64,000 nt of DNA from Candidatus Doudnabacteria bacterium (GCA_039931165.1 JBDTSL010000001.1:66214-130213), one strand, 5' to 3'. Shown: positions 27,324-37,810, numbered from the stretch's first letter. Notes: generated by a model not told the origin, from the letters alone. Program-made: numbers and translations.

Positions 27324-29046
27324 TAAGCTTAATATCCAAAATTTTTAATTGCATTTGTTTATTTCCGTTCCATTCGTTGGCCGCAAGCTCAAAAACAACA
27401 TCAATTTTTTTTCCCGGTACCAGGCTGCCCCCAAAAAATCCCTGGCCAAAGGCAATCGCTTCCAGCATATGGACTCCAAAGCGAACCCGCAGTTTTAGGT
27501 GCTGGCCGGTGGCTCCCACCAGACGAGAGTCCAAAACCTCCATGCCGCGCCCAACAAATTTAGGCTTGGAGTTGCCAAATCCGAAAGGACCGAATCTTTC
27601 CAAATAGTTCAAATTATCCCAGGTTATATCCGAAACCTCGGCCTCGGCATCTATTTCAAGCACAGGATCACTTATCGGCATTTCCTTCAGGTCGGCATAC
27701 TCCAAAAGCTTTTGATGAAACCCGGGGATATTATCGTGGGCCAGAGTAAAACCCGCTGCCTGGGTATGGCCGCCGTATTTTTGCAAAAAATCCTTGGAAA
27801 AATTCAAAGCCGCCACCAGGTCAAAGTCGATAACTGACCTGCCCGAACCGGTTGCAACTCCGTCCACGGTGCTTAATGCCACCACCGGCCGGTTGTATTC
27901 TTCCGCCAGCCTTCCTGCCACCAGACCGACTACCCCTTTGGGCCAATCCTGGCCGACCGCCAATAAAACTTTTTTATCGCTGATCAATTCGATCTGAGAC
28001 CTGGCCTCACTGGTGATTTGTTCGGTCAACATCTGCCTGTGTTTGTTCAGGTCATTCAATTGACCGGCTAAACCCTCGGCTTCGTCGGGAGAACCGGAGA
28101 TCAACAATTTAAAAGCAATGTCCGCGTGTTTGATCCGGCCCGCGGCGTTGATCCGGGGTGCTAAAATAAAACCTAAAGTGAACGCGTCATACTTATCAGA
28201 CCTGACCTGGGCTGTGGCAAGCAAAGCTTTTAGGCCCGGCCATTTGGTTTTTGCCAGAACTTTCAGCCCAAAACTTACCAGGATCCGGTTTTCTGATGTT
28301 AAGCTCTGGCAATCAGCCACAGTGCCTAAGGCTACCAGATCAAGAAGCCATTTCTCCCAACCGGCGGCAGCCGGTTGCCCCGAGCGAGCGGAAGCGAGCC
28401 GAGGGGCCGTAAAAAGTGCCTGAACCAGTTTAAACGCCACGCCGACACCGGTCAAATAGAGAAAAGGATATTCGTCGTTGGGATTTTTAGGATTAATGAT
28501 TGCCAGAACCCGAGGCAGCTTGCCGGTCAATTCATGATGATCGGTTATTATCAGATCAACGCCGCAGGCAGCAGCAAGCTCAGCTTCGTCCACGGCATTC
28601 ATGCCGCAATCAACAGTAATAATCAGTCCGCGTTTTTCCGCGTCTTCGTTCCGCGTTTTTTCCGCGATCGATTTTATGGCTTCCTGATTTAATCCATAGC
28701 CTTCGGTAAACCGGTCCGGAATATAATAGTCGGCTTTTGCGCCGAGTTTTCTCAAGGCCAAATATAAAACCGCGCATGCGGTTATGGCATCGGCATCATA
28801 ATCCGCAAAGATCGTTATCTTTTCCTCATATTCGATCGCTTTCCAAATTCTGGTGACTGCCGTCTGCATTTGTTTGAACAGAAACGGGTCATGAAGCTTA
28901 TTAAAGTCGGGATCCAGAAAATCCCCGATACCTTCCTCTGACGCGATTCCCCGCAAACTTAAAAGCTTAAGGATCAAATTCGGGTACTGAGGCAGGTTTG
29001 GCAGAATTTTTGCGTCAAAATTCTTGACTTTCCACTGCTTCTTCAT
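27316..29046 (-). CDS. recJ: Single-stranded-DNA-specific exonuclease RecJ
   Basis: DHH (DYDADAIT; DHH) and DHHA1 (GGHTQAAG) motifs. Confidence 0.85.
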   Translation of the reverse strand: MKKQWKVKNFDAKILPNLPQYPNLILKLLSLRGIASEEGIGDFLDPDFNKLHDPFLFKQMQTAVTRIWKAIEYEEKITIFADYDADAITACAVLYLALRKLGAKADYYIPDRFTEGYGLNQEAIKSIAEKTRNEDAEKRGLIITVDCGMNAVDEAELAAACGVDLIITDHHELTGKLPRVLAIINPKNPNDEYPFLYLTGVGVAFKLVQALFTAPRLASARSGQPAAAGWEKWLLDLVALGTVADCQSLTSENRILVSFGLKVLAKTKWPGLKALLATAQVRSDKYDAFTLGFILAPRINAAGRIKHADIAFKLLISGSPDEAEGLAGQLNDLNKHRQMLTEQITSEARSQIELISDKKVLLAVGQDWPKGVVGLVAGRLAEEYNRPVVALSTVDGVATGSGRSVIDFDLVAALNFSKDFLQKYGGHTQAAGFTLAHDNIPGFHQKLLEYADLKEMPISDPVLEIDAEAEVSDITWDNLNYLERFGPFGFGNSKPKFVGRGMEVLDSRLVGATGQHLKLRVRFGVHMLEAIAFGQGFFGGSLVPGKKIDVVFELAANEWNGNKQMQLKILDIKLNE

Positions 29047-29048
29047 AT

Positions 29049-29483
29049 TTAAAGGATCGTAAAGCCTTGCCTGTCGTCTTCGTCAGGATTCAGCGCCGGC
29101 GTTTGAGGGTTGCGCGTCAGGAGCATGTCCTGGGCCTTATGCAAAATATCCACTGGCCTGTCTTGGCCCTTCACCACAAATTCGACAAACGGATAGCTTT
29201 TGGCTTTTGCACGATCCTCGGGACGTCCCAGATGCGAAAAAATAATTACAGGTGTCGTTTTGGTTGATTTGTTTGCGCGCAGTTTTTCGACCAGTTCAAA
29301 TCCGGACATATGGGGCATCTGGATACCTGTGCCGATAATATCCGGCGTGTTTTTCTGAATTTTTTCCCAGCCGTCAAGACCATCCGTGGCCGTTGTCACT
29401 TCGAAACCGGCGGTGTGGAATATCTCCCGGTACAGATCTCTCTGCACAAAATCATCATCAATAATTATTATCTTTTTGGCCAT
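29049..29483 (-). CDS. Stand-alone CheY-like receiver domain protein; the phospho-acceptor Asp appears to be replaced
   Basis: IIIIDDD acidic pocket and conserved Lys present. The segment aligning to CheY ISDWNMP reads GTGIQMP. Confidence 0.5.
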   Translation of the reverse strand: MAKKIIIIDDDFVQRDLYREIFHTAGFEVTTATDGLDGWEKIQKNTPDIIGTGIQMPHMSGFELVEKLRANKSTKTTPVIIFSHLGRPEDRAKAKSYPFVEFVVKGQDRPVDILHKAQDMLLTRNPQTPALNPDEDDRQGFTIL

Positions 29484-29485
29484 AT

Positions 29486-31096
29486 TTAGCTTTCCGTTTG
29501 TTTAATCATCTGTGGCAGAAGGCTGATGCCCGTCATTTCGGGGGGCTGCTCAATTCCCAGTAATTCTAGCATAGTCGGCGCCGCGTCCGAAAGAACGCCG
29601 ATCGGAACCAGGCCCGCCAGAGAAACCAGCCCGATTTCTTTCGGATGCCTCCTCTTGAACTGTTTGCCGATGAGCATGAATGGCACGGGGTTGGTTGAAT
29701 GCTCCTTGTTGATAGCTCCCGAGCGCACATCCAGAAGTTCCTCAATGTTGCCGTGGTCTGCCGTGATGATCAGGCAGATATCCAGCGATAGGCAAGCTTC
29801 GGAGACTTTTTTTAGGCATTCATCCACGACTTTTATCGCCTGGATCGAAGCGCTCATGTCCCCTGTATGCCCGACCATATCGGGATTGGCATAATTGACC
29901 AGCAAAAAAGTATAGCTTTCTTTTAGTTTGGACAGAAGAACTTCAGTGATCTTAAAGGCCGACATTTCAGGCACATCCGCGTAATTCTGGTAATTCGAGG
30001 CAGGCGAAGTTACGATCTCGCGGTCTTCGCCGGGAAAAGGTTTAATCACCCAGCCATTGAAAAACACCGAAACGTGGGCATATTTTTCCGATTCTGCCAG
30101 ATGATACTGCCGCAACCCCTTTTTGCTGATAACCTCAGCCATGCTGTTTTGCACTTCCAGCGGAGGGTAGGCGATTTTCACCGGCAGATCTTTGGCGAAC
30201 TCGGTCATGGTCACGAACAGCAAATTTTTAAGTTCCTTTCGCGGCTTGGCAAACTTGGTGAAATCCGGTTCGGTAAGGGCCCGTACAATCTGCAGAGCCC
30301 TGTCAGGCCGGAAATTAAAATGGATCACAGCGTCATTATCCTCAATTTTGGCGGTTGTACCGTCAGTTTGAGTTATCACGGTCGGCGGGATCATCTCATC
30401 AAAAATATGCCGGTCATAATTATCCTGGATAGCGTCTTGCGCGGAAGCCGCCTGTTTGCCTTCTCCAAAAACCATGGCCCGGTAAGTCTGTTCCGTCTGG
30501 TTCCAGTGATCTGCCCGGTCCATAGCATAAAACCGGCCCGTCACAGTGGCAATGTTGCCGACCCCGAAATTGCTGATTTTCTTGGTCAGTTTGGCCAGGC
30601 TTTCTAGCGCGATCTGGGGCGGCGTGTCCCGCCCGTCCAGGAACATCTGGATATACACTTTCGGAAGCTTGTATTCCGAGGCAAGGCCCAGGAGCGCGTA
30701 AACATGCTCATCGTAACTGTGAACTCCGCCCGGACTGATCAAGCCTACTAGGTGAAGAGCTGAATTATTTTTTTTTACGTGTTCGATAGCTTCCAAAAAA
30801 ACAGGATTTTGAAAAAAACTCCTGTCTTCTATGGCAAGCGTGATCCGCGACAGGTCTTGTCCCACGATCCTGCCGGCGCCCAAATTCAGGTGGCCGACTT
30901 CCGAGTTGCCCATTTCGCCCCAGGGCAGTCCCACCGACGGCCCCGAGGCCTGAAGCGTCGTGGCAGGAAAGTTCTCGATCATTGAATCAATGGTGGCCGG
31001 TTCGGCCATGGTCACGGGGTTTCCCTGCGACGCGGTGGCAATGCCAAAACCGTCGAGGACGACCAGAACCAATTTTTTATAAGGCTTGAAGTCCAT
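29486..31096 (-). CDS. gpmI: 2,3-bisphosphoglycerate-independent phosphoglycerate mutase
   Basis: LVVLDGFG N-terminus and metalloenzyme-domain similarity. Confidence 0.9.
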   Translation of the reverse strand: MDFKPYKKLVLVVLDGFGIATASQGNPVTMAEPATIDSMIENFPATTLQASGPSVGLPWGEMGNSEVGHLNLGAGRIVGQDLSRITLAIEDRSFFQNPVFLEAIEHVKKNNSALHLVGLISPGGVHSYDEHVYALLGLASEYKLPKVYIQMFLDGRDTPPQIALESLAKLTKKISNFGVGNIATVTGRFYAMDRADHWNQTEQTYRAMVFGEGKQAASAQDAIQDNYDRHIFDEMIPPTVITQTDGTTAKIEDNDAVIHFNFRPDRALQIVRALTEPDFTKFAKPRKELKNLLFVTMTEFAKDLPVKIAYPPLEVQNSMAEVISKKGLRQYHLAESEKYAHVSVFFNGWVIKPFPGEDREIVTSPASNYQNYADVPEMSAFKITEVLLSKLKESYTFLLVNYANPDMVGHTGDMSASIQAIKVVDECLKKVSEACLSLDICLIITADHGNIEELLDVRSGAINKEHSTNPVPFMLIGKQFKRRHPKEIGLVSLAGLVPIGVLSDAAPTMLELLGIEQPPEMTGISLLPQMIKQTES

Positions 31097-31142
31097 TTGT
31101 TAGAATATCTAAATATTAGAGTCTCTAATTAATTCAGTTTCC

Positions 31143-32396
31143 TCAATTTTTCAGCTCTTCCTCGATCTGCATCAGCCGGTTATATTTCGCCACTCGTTCT
31201 CCCCGAGCAACACTGCCGGCTTTGATATATTCTGCTCCTATGCCTACGGCGAAATCCGCGATAAAATCATCGGTCGTTTCACCGCTACGGTGGGAGGCAA
31301 CGATTTTATAATTATTTTTTTGGGCCAATGCCGCTGTAGCCAGAGTTTCCGTGATCGTTCCCACCTGGTTGGGTTTGATAATGATCGCGTTCGCGACTCC
31401 CATGTCAATCCCCTTTTTCAGCCGATCGGCGCGTGTGGCGAACAGATCATCTCCGACCAGCATCAATTTATCGCCAAGCCGGCTCTGCATCATCAACCAT
31501 CCTTCCCAGTCTTCTTCCGCCAACCCGTCTTCAATCGAAATGATCGAATATTTTTCCGCCCATTCTTTCAATAACGACACCAGCCGTTCGGCCGACAGGC
31601 TTGTGTGGTCCGCGGATAAAACATACTGGCTGTCATGCGCTTTAAACAACCCGGACGCCGCGATATCAGTGGCAATTGAAATGTCTTTCCCCAGCGCGAA
31701 ACCCGCCTCTTTTGCCGCTTCGGCTATGAAATCCAGGGCCTGGCGGTTGGATTCCACGTGCGGCGAAAAACCGCCTTCATTGCCGAGATTGGTGTTCAGG
31801 CGGCGGCCTTTCAGGACTTTTTCCAGGAAATGGAAAATTTCCGAAGCCACGCGGACATTTTCGGCCATGGAATCGAATTTGGGCACCAGCATAAATTCCT
31901 GAACATCGAGATTGGTATCCCCGTGCTGGCCGCCGTTGATGACATTGAACATCGGCTTCGGCAGTTTCAATTTCTTTTTCTTGGCCAGTGATCCAACGTA
32001 CTTATATATGGGAATTTTTTTGGCCGCCGCCGCGGCTTTTACCACTGCTCCTGAAACTCCCAGAATGGCATTGGCGCCGAGCTTTTTTTTATTTGGCGTG
32101 CCGTCCATCCCGATCATCGCTTCGTCGACGGCTTCCTGGTCAAATACGTTCATGCCTCTGATATTTTTGGCGATAACAGCATTGACGTTTGCGACAGCCT
32201 TCAGAACGCCGAGACCTCCATAATCTTTTCCTCCGTCGCGCAATTCCAAAGCTTCGGCGCTGCCTGTCGATGCTCCAGAAGGAACCCCGAAAGTCCCGCG
32301 GCCGCTTCCCGCTTCCACGGTCACTTCAACAGTCGGGTTGCCCCGAGAATCAAGTATCTGCCGAGCGAATATATTTTTGATGGGAGTGTTTGACAT
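31143..32396 (-). CDS. eno: Enolase
   Basis: ILDSRGNPTVEV and the SHRSGETED-like signature. Confidence 0.95.
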   Translation of the reverse strand: MSNTPIKNIFARQILDSRGNPTVEVTVEAGSGRGTFGVPSGASTGSAEALELRDGGKDYGGLGVLKAVANVNAVIAKNIRGMNVFDQEAVDEAMIGMDGTPNKKKLGANAILGVSGAVVKAAAAAKKIPIYKYVGSLAKKKKLKLPKPMFNVINGGQHGDTNLDVQEFMLVPKFDSMAENVRVASEIFHFLEKVLKGRRLNTNLGNEGGFSPHVESNRQALDFIAEAAKEAGFALGKDISIATDIAASGLFKAHDSQYVLSADHTSLSAERLVSLLKEWAEKYSIISIEDGLAEEDWEGWLMMQSRLGDKLMLVGDDLFATRADRLKKGIDMGVANAIIIKPNQVGTITETLATAALAQKNNYKIVASHRSGETTDDFIADFAVGIGAEYIKAGSVARGERVAKYNRLMQIEEELKN

Positions 32397-33628
32397 TATT
32401 TGGATGTTTCCAGAGCTTTAATTGCCGGCAATGGCTTTCCTGCCAGGAATTCTAGCATGGCTCCGCCTCCCGTGGAAACGTGGTCAATAAACTGCGATAC
32501 TTTCGCCTGATCCAAGACCTCAACGGTTTCGCCGCCGCCGACCACGCCGAAAGCCGGACCTTTTGACCTTGAAGCAAAAGTCAGGGCAATTGCCTTGCTG
32601 CCGAACCGGTATCGCGGATCCTCTATCAGGCCGAAAGGCCCGTTCCACGCCAGAGACCTTGCCAGTTTTATGAGGGCCGAAAATTTTCTTATGCTTTCCG
32701 GGCCTATGTCCAACATCAGATCGTTTGGCCTGACTTTATCAATATTTACCAATCTTGGCCGCGCCTTCAGGTCGGTTGCCACCACCACATCCACAGGCAT
32801 AACCAGTTTCTGCTTATAATGGCGGAGCAGATCTCTGGCCGCGGGCACATCCGAAATTTTTGACCTGCCAACCTCATAACCCAAAGCCTTCAAAAAAGTA
32901 TTGGCTACGCCGCCGCCCACAATAATATTCGAAGCGTGCTTCGCCAGGTTATGGATAGTATGAACCTTATCCTCAATTTTGATCCCGCCGATCAGAATCA
33001 CTAGAGGCGGGCGGGGATTTTTTGTGATCTTCGAAAGCGACCGGAGCTCTTTCATGAAAGAAATTCCGGCATAGGCCGGCAATTTCTTGGCCAGACCGAA
33101 AGTTGATGCTTCTTGCCTGTGCGCTACGGAAAAAGCCTCGTTGGCATAAACATCGCCGAAGCCCGCGAGAAGATCAATAAATTTTAGGTCGTTTTCTTCT
33201 TCTTCCTTATAAAAACGCAAATTTTCCAAAAATAAAATGCTGCCTGCCGGCAAATCCCGGCTGAGGCCGGAGTAATCTTTCTTCCTGATATCCGCCGGTA
33301 AAAAATTTATGGTCGGAACTTTATATCCGGAAAACTTGCTCACGATCCTGACCAGCTTATAATCTACCAGTTCGGCCAATTTAACAGCCACCGGCCACAG
33401 GCTTTTGGCTTTTTTCCAACCCTCGGGGCGGTCCAGATGCGCGATAATCACGATCTTGGCTCCTTGTTTGATCAAATACCGAAGCGTAGGCAAAATGTCT
33501 TTGACCCTGTTGTCATCCGCCACTTCCCACTCCTCGGTATGGATATTCTGCTTCAGCGGCACGTCAAATCCCGCGCGCAAAATCACGCGCCGGCCGGTAA
33601 CCCTTACTGATGTGATCGATTTGATCAT
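32396..33628 (-). CDS. pgk: Phosphoglycerate kinase
   Basis: Family-wide similarity. Start chosen at MIKSITSVRV. Confidence 0.9.
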   Translation of the reverse strand: MIKSITSVRVTGRRVILRAGFDVPLKQNIHTEEWEVADDNRVKDILPTLRYLIKQGAKIVIIAHLDRPEGWKKAKSLWPVAVKLAELVDYKLVRIVSKFSGYKVPTINFLPADIRKKDYSGLSRDLPAGSILFLENLRFYKEEEENDLKFIDLLAGFGDVYANEAFSVAHRQEASTFGLAKKLPAYAGISFMKELRSLSKITKNPRPPLVILIGGIKIEDKVHTIHNLAKHASNIIVGGGVANTFLKALGYEVGRSKISDVPAARDLLRHYKQKLVMPVDVVVATDLKARPRLVNIDKVRPNDLMLDIGPESIRKFSALIKLARSLAWNGPFGLIEDPRYRFGSKAIALTFASRSKGPAFGVVGGGETVEVLDQAKVSQFIDHVSTGGGAMLEFLAGKPLPAIKALETSK

Positions 33629-34521
33629 CTGCTGACACCTTCCACTTTCACCCAGCCTGGAGGAAGATCGCACGGTGTAGGGAAAGTTTTAACTTCCCCA
33701 GTCGCAGGATTCATTCCCGTCGTGATCACTTGGATGCAAGCAATAGGATTTTTCGGGTCAGAGATTGGGGTGATTTGTTTGGTACAATTTATTCCTGCGT
33801 CAGGGAACGAACCTTCCGAAACGCAGGTGTAGCCGGTCGTCGGGCAAGGCATACCGGCAATTCCTCCGCAAAAAACTGTGTTGGCAACTGTGAACTTGAA
33901 AGTGGAAAGGATTTGTTGAAAAATTTTAATCGCTTCTCCTTGATCCTTTACACTGAATAGCAATTCAATATCTATGCCCTCATTTAAGAGATCAACATTT
34001 TTCAAAAGTGACGCTGGTATTATTAATATGGCTATTCTTGCGGTATTATTTGGATCTATTGCAGTGGCTCCCAAATTCTCCCCATATCCGTACAGTCTAT
34101 ATCCCAAATTTTTGCCGTCTACAAGAACCGGAAATTCTTGATACTTTATAGTACCTTCTCGACAGCAATTGCTCTCGATTTGCAACTTGAATCTATTGGA
34201 AGGATCTTTAAAAGACACTACCGGAATAGAAGAAGTTGGACTGGCTTCAGACGACATAGTACTATCATTTGGATACTTAAAACTAAATCCATACTGATCA
34301 TTCGTATAAGTTTTCCAATTTGCCATTGTGTCAACTTTTTCGTGATGCACGGGAGGAATAATAACAGGCTCTGACTGGGAGACCTGGTAATAGTACGCTC
34401 CGGCAGCGATGGCGCCAAAAAGCAGGATTCCCAAAATCTCGGACATAATATGCCTGGCAAACCAGCTTTTGTGAGGTCCGAGTTCGAGTGGAGGCGGTTG
34501 TGAATTTCCTATTTCGGTCAT
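33625..34521 (-). CDS. Membrane-anchored modular protein, paralog A (TM + WKTYTN-QYGF module ending in ILSTFKFT + Cys-rich tail)
   Basis: Its first 240 nt are identical to paralog B's start. 4-nt overlaps chain A, B and C. Confidence 0.6.
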   Translation of the reverse strand: MTEIGNSQPPPLELGPHKSWFARHIMSEILGILLFGAIAAGAYYYQVSQSEPVIIPPVHHEKVDTMANWKTYTNDQYGFSFKYPNDSTMSSEASPTSSIPVVSFKDPSNRFKLQIESNCCREGTIKYQEFPVLVDGKNLGYRLYGYGENLGATAIDPNNTARIAILIIPASLLKNVDLLNEGIDIELLFSVKDQGEAIKIFQQILSTFKFTVANTVFCGGIAGMPCPTTGYTCVSEGSFPDAGINCTKQITPISDPKNPIACIQVITTGMNPATGEVKTFPTPCDLPPGWVKVEGVSR

Positions 34522-35558
34522 GGGGTGAATTTAAAGGTGGAAAGGATTTGATCCAAAACCTTTTCATCAAAATATTCTTTATCCAGAATTTTACTATTTA
34601 AAATATAAAATTCATTACTTCCAGTTTTAAAATGGTAAACAATGAGACCGCAATAATCTGACCTTGACATCATTATTCCGTTGACTAGTTTTGAGCTAGT
34701 CTTTATATCAAGACATCCCTCACCGAATCCAAATCCAGGATTATTTATCTTGATATTAAATCCATTGCTGCTTTTATTTGCATCCTCAAAGCTTATGTCC
34801 CCCCATCCGCTAGAAGAGGATTTATCTTGATAGGTTATTGACGGAGGATATTGAAACTCAAACCCGTACTGGCTGTTTGTGTAAGTTTTCCAAGTCGAGG
34901 TATCCAGAACTGAACTTGGCGTTGTGAACTTGAAGGTGGAAAGGATTTGGTTAATATAAGCAACGCTTGGCATTGTTTTCGGGTCTCCGGGGCAGTGTTC
35001 TTCATCCATAAAACTAACATCAATCAAATCTAGTCCGTCTTTAGTAATTGTCTGGAACGAGGCCTGGTCACAACCAGGAGCCCCTCCGGCAGGATTATAA
35101 AAAATATGCCAGGTCACGCCATTGATAACTTTTGAAGCAATAGAGGAAGGTGGATTTCCATAAGGATCAGTCGCAACGTCCGTGTAGCCTTTAATAATTT
35201 TTATGTCTGGTACAATATTATTTATCAATTGAATTGTCTGGTAAGTTTTTCCTGCAGTTGTCACGCTTCCAGTACCTGTAGTAGCGTCAAGAGGCATTAA
35301 TTCCACTGGAGTTTTTAACTCAAACCCATACTGATCATTCGTATAAGTTTTCCAATTTGCCATTGTGTCAACTTTTTCGTGATGCACGGGAGGAATAATA
35401 ACAGGCTCTGACTGGGAGACCTGGTAATAGTACGCTCCGGCAGCGATGGCGCCAAAAAGCAGGATTCCCAAAATCTCGGACATAATATGCCTGGCAAACC
35501 AGCTTTTGTGAGGTCCGAGTTCGAGTGGAGGCGGTTGTGAATTTCCTATTTCGGTCAT
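34518..35558 (-). CDS. Membrane-anchored modular protein, paralog B (two modules, each ending in ILSTFKFT)
   Basis: N-terminal 80 aa identical to paralog A. The second module opens with TPSS..DTSTWKTYTNSQYGFEFQYP, as in paralog C. Confidence 0.6.
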   Translation of the reverse strand: MTEIGNSQPPPLELGPHKSWFARHIMSEILGILLFGAIAAGAYYYQVSQSEPVIIPPVHHEKVDTMANWKTYTNDQYGFELKTPVELMPLDATTGTGSVTTAGKTYQTIQLINNIVPDIKIIKGYTDVATDPYGNPPSSIASKVINGVTWHIFYNPAGGAPGCDQASFQTITKDGLDLIDVSFMDEEHCPGDPKTMPSVAYINQILSTFKFTTPSSVLDTSTWKTYTNSQYGFEFQYPPSITYQDKSSSSGWGDISFEDANKSSNGFNIKINNPGFGFGEGCLDIKTSSKLVNGIMMSRSDYCGLIVYHFKTGSNEFYILNSKILDKEYFDEKVLDQILSTFKFTP

Positions 35559-36724
35559 GAGGTGAATTTAAAGGTGGAAAGGATTTGATTAGTTATTTCT
35601 TCGGTGCCCGACACTTCATAAACTTTGCCGTTTTTCTCGACATAGTAATCCGATCCGTTTGGAGTACTAAAATGCTGCCAGGATATACCCGCGACTGTCG
35701 CATTCCCTAGCTTCTTTTCATTTTTTAGAAAAGGATCATCTTTCAAAACAGTGGCCAATGTAACACTGTATATATCCACACGCCCGCTAAAATCTTGCGC
35801 GGGGTAACTAGTACGATAGATGGCTGCGAACATCCGGGAAACCGGCAAATAATCAGTTGAGCTGGCTTGTGAATCAACTACCTTTACCCATGTTTGAGGA
35901 TATTGAAACTCAAACCCATACTGGCTGTTTGTGTAAGTTTTCCAAGTCGAAGTGTCGGCAGTGGAACTTGGCGTGGTAAACTTGAAAGTAGAAAGGATCA
36001 ACTCGGCTGTTTTTTGATTGGAATCAAAATTCGGATCGGACGTAGGTGTAGCGAAATAATCACGAGATCCAAAATAAACATATGTATCGTATAAATCTGG
36101 AATAACGCCTGAATCTGGACTCTCGAAATAATCCACACCAGCTTTATTAAAACTGTATCTGATGTAATGAAAAGTTTTCCCATCCCCTCGATATACCGGG
36201 TGTTTGTAAATCTTAATTCCGCTGGAATTCGGGATAATTGACCTGGTTTTCAAAACATCAGCTTGAACACTGGCAACAGAAGTGGAATCTTGCTTCAAAA
36301 GCGCGGAGCCAGGCTCATTTATTCCCAATATTATTTGTTGTGCGCCGTCGCGGCTCAGATATACTTCATCTCCGTGACATGCAACGGCTGCCAGTGGGTC
36401 TGTTGTGGCGCAATTGTCATCAGCTGTTGTCAAAGCCAAGGCCGGGGGATATTTAAACTCCAATCCGTACTTTGTGTTGGAATACGCCTTCCAGTCAGCC
36501 ATAAAATCTTTATGCGCCGGTACTTGTAAAAATGCAGGAATCTGGCGCACGGTTTGCCAATAGTAAATTCCCGACACGATCGCGCCGACCGCGGCCAGCA
36601 AAAAAACAACGCCAAGAATCATATGCCGTGAAAACCAATTTTTATGCAGAGTATCTGTCATCGGAGTCGGGGGAACTTTGTAGGTTGGATCTGTTGGATT
36701 TTGATTTGGTTGTGGTGTATCCAT
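35555..36724 (-). CDS. Membrane-anchored modular protein, paralog C (two modules; divergent N-terminus)
   Basis: Shares module boundary motifs with A and B. Its TM anchor is homologous but diverged. Confidence 0.6.
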   Translation of the reverse strand: MDTPQPNQNPTDPTYKVPPTPMTDTLHKNWFSRHMILGVVFLLAAVGAIVSGIYYWQTVRQIPAFLQVPAHKDFMADWKAYSNTKYGLEFKYPPALALTTADDNCATTDPLAAVACHGDEVYLSRDGAQQIILGINEPGSALLKQDSTSVASVQADVLKTRSIIPNSSGIKIYKHPVYRGDGKTFHYIRYSFNKAGVDYFESPDSGVIPDLYDTYVYFGSRDYFATPTSDPNFDSNQKTAELILSTFKFTTPSSTADTSTWKTYTNSQYGFEFQYPQTWVKVVDSQASSTDYLPVSRMFAAIYRTSYPAQDFSGRVDIYSVTLATVLKDDPFLKNEKKLGNATVAGISWQHFSTPNGSDYYVEKNGKVYEVSGTEEITNQILSTFKFTS

Positions 36725-36733
36725 AAAATTTAT

Positions 36734-37810
36734 TTAATTATTTTCTTTTCCAATTAATATCGCCTGTTCCACAAATCGGTTGGCGTAGCCGAACTCATTG
36801 TCATACCAGGCGACTACTTTGACCATGTCGCCATCCACGACTTGGGTCAGGCTCAAATCCACGATGGCAGAATGCGGATTACCAATGATGTCAGTGGATA
36901 CGATCGGATCGGTCGTGACCTCCAATACGTTTTGCCACATCGGATGCTTGGACATTTCGATAAAAGCTTTATTCACCTCTTCGACCGTGGTTTTTTTATT
37001 CAAGATCAATGTAAAATCAGAGACTGAACCCACAGCGGTAGGTACGCGAAAAGCCATAGCGGTTAAAAGTCCCTTTAACTCCGGGATCACTTCAGTAGCG
37101 GAAATTGACGCGCCGCTGCTTGTGGGGATGATATTAACCGCTGCCGCTCTTGCGCGGCGCAAATCGCCTGACTTGCCGCCAGGCGGCGGTCCGTCCACCA
37201 AATTTTGTTCGGCAGTATAAGAATGGAGCGTGGACATCATCATTTTTTTCACGCCAAACTTCGAATGCAACACAGCGATGACGGGAGTAATGCAATTAGT
37301 TGTGCAGGAAGCATTGGAAATAATTTTCTCGCCTTTATACTTTTCGTGATTGACCCCGATGATAAAAGTCGGGGTAACCCCATCGTCTTTGGCCGGGGCC
37401 GAAATGATGACTTTTTTAGCCCCTGCCCGCAGGTGCGCTGAAGAAGCTTCAGTGGTGATGAATCTGCCGGTGGATTCCAAAACCACATCCACTCCCAGAT
37501 CTTTCCACGGCAGCATGGCAGGGTCTTTTTCGGCAAATATCGGGTATTTTTGTCCGCCAGCCGGCGGATCGACAATAATATTACCCGACGAAGAGATGAT
37601 CGGATTGGCCTTGGCTTTGACATTGTCAAAACCGACCTTTTTCTCATAGGGACCGTAGTTTGAATCATACCTCAGCAGCTGCGCCAGAACTTGCGGCTCG
37701 GTCAGATCATTGACCGCCGCAACTTCCAGTTCGGGCTTGGTTAAGGCGATTTTAAAAGCCTGCCTTCCGATGCGGCCGAAACCATTTATCGCGATTCTGA
37801 TCTTATCCAT
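36734..37810 (-). CDS. gap: Glyceraldehyde-3-phosphate dehydrogenase
   Basis: INGFGRIGR NAD-binding site and ASCTTNC active site. Confidence 0.9.
   Translation of the reverse strand: MDKIRIAINGFGRIGRQAFKIALTKPELEVAAVNDLTEPQVLAQLLRYDSNYGPYEKKVGFDNVKAKANPIISSSGNIIVDPPAGGQKYPIFAEKDPAMLPWKDLGVDVVLESTGRFITTEASSAHLRAGAKKVIISAPAKDDGVTPTFIIGVNHEKYKGEKIISNASCTTNCITPVIAVLHSKFGVKKMMMSTLHSYTAEQNLVDGPPPGGKSGDLRRARAAAVNIIPTSSGASISATEVIPELKGLLTAMAFRVPTAVGSVSDFTLILNKKTTVEEVNKAFIEMSKHPMWQNVLEVTTDPIVSTDIIGNPHSAIVDLSLTQVVDGDMVKVVAWYDNEFGYANRFVEQAILIGKENN

Noticed and set aside
34218-35497. Short ORFs 34218-34460, 34331-34570 and 35315-35497 within the paralog array
   Set aside because: They are alternative frames of the duplicated 240-bp segment and are explained by the main family genes.
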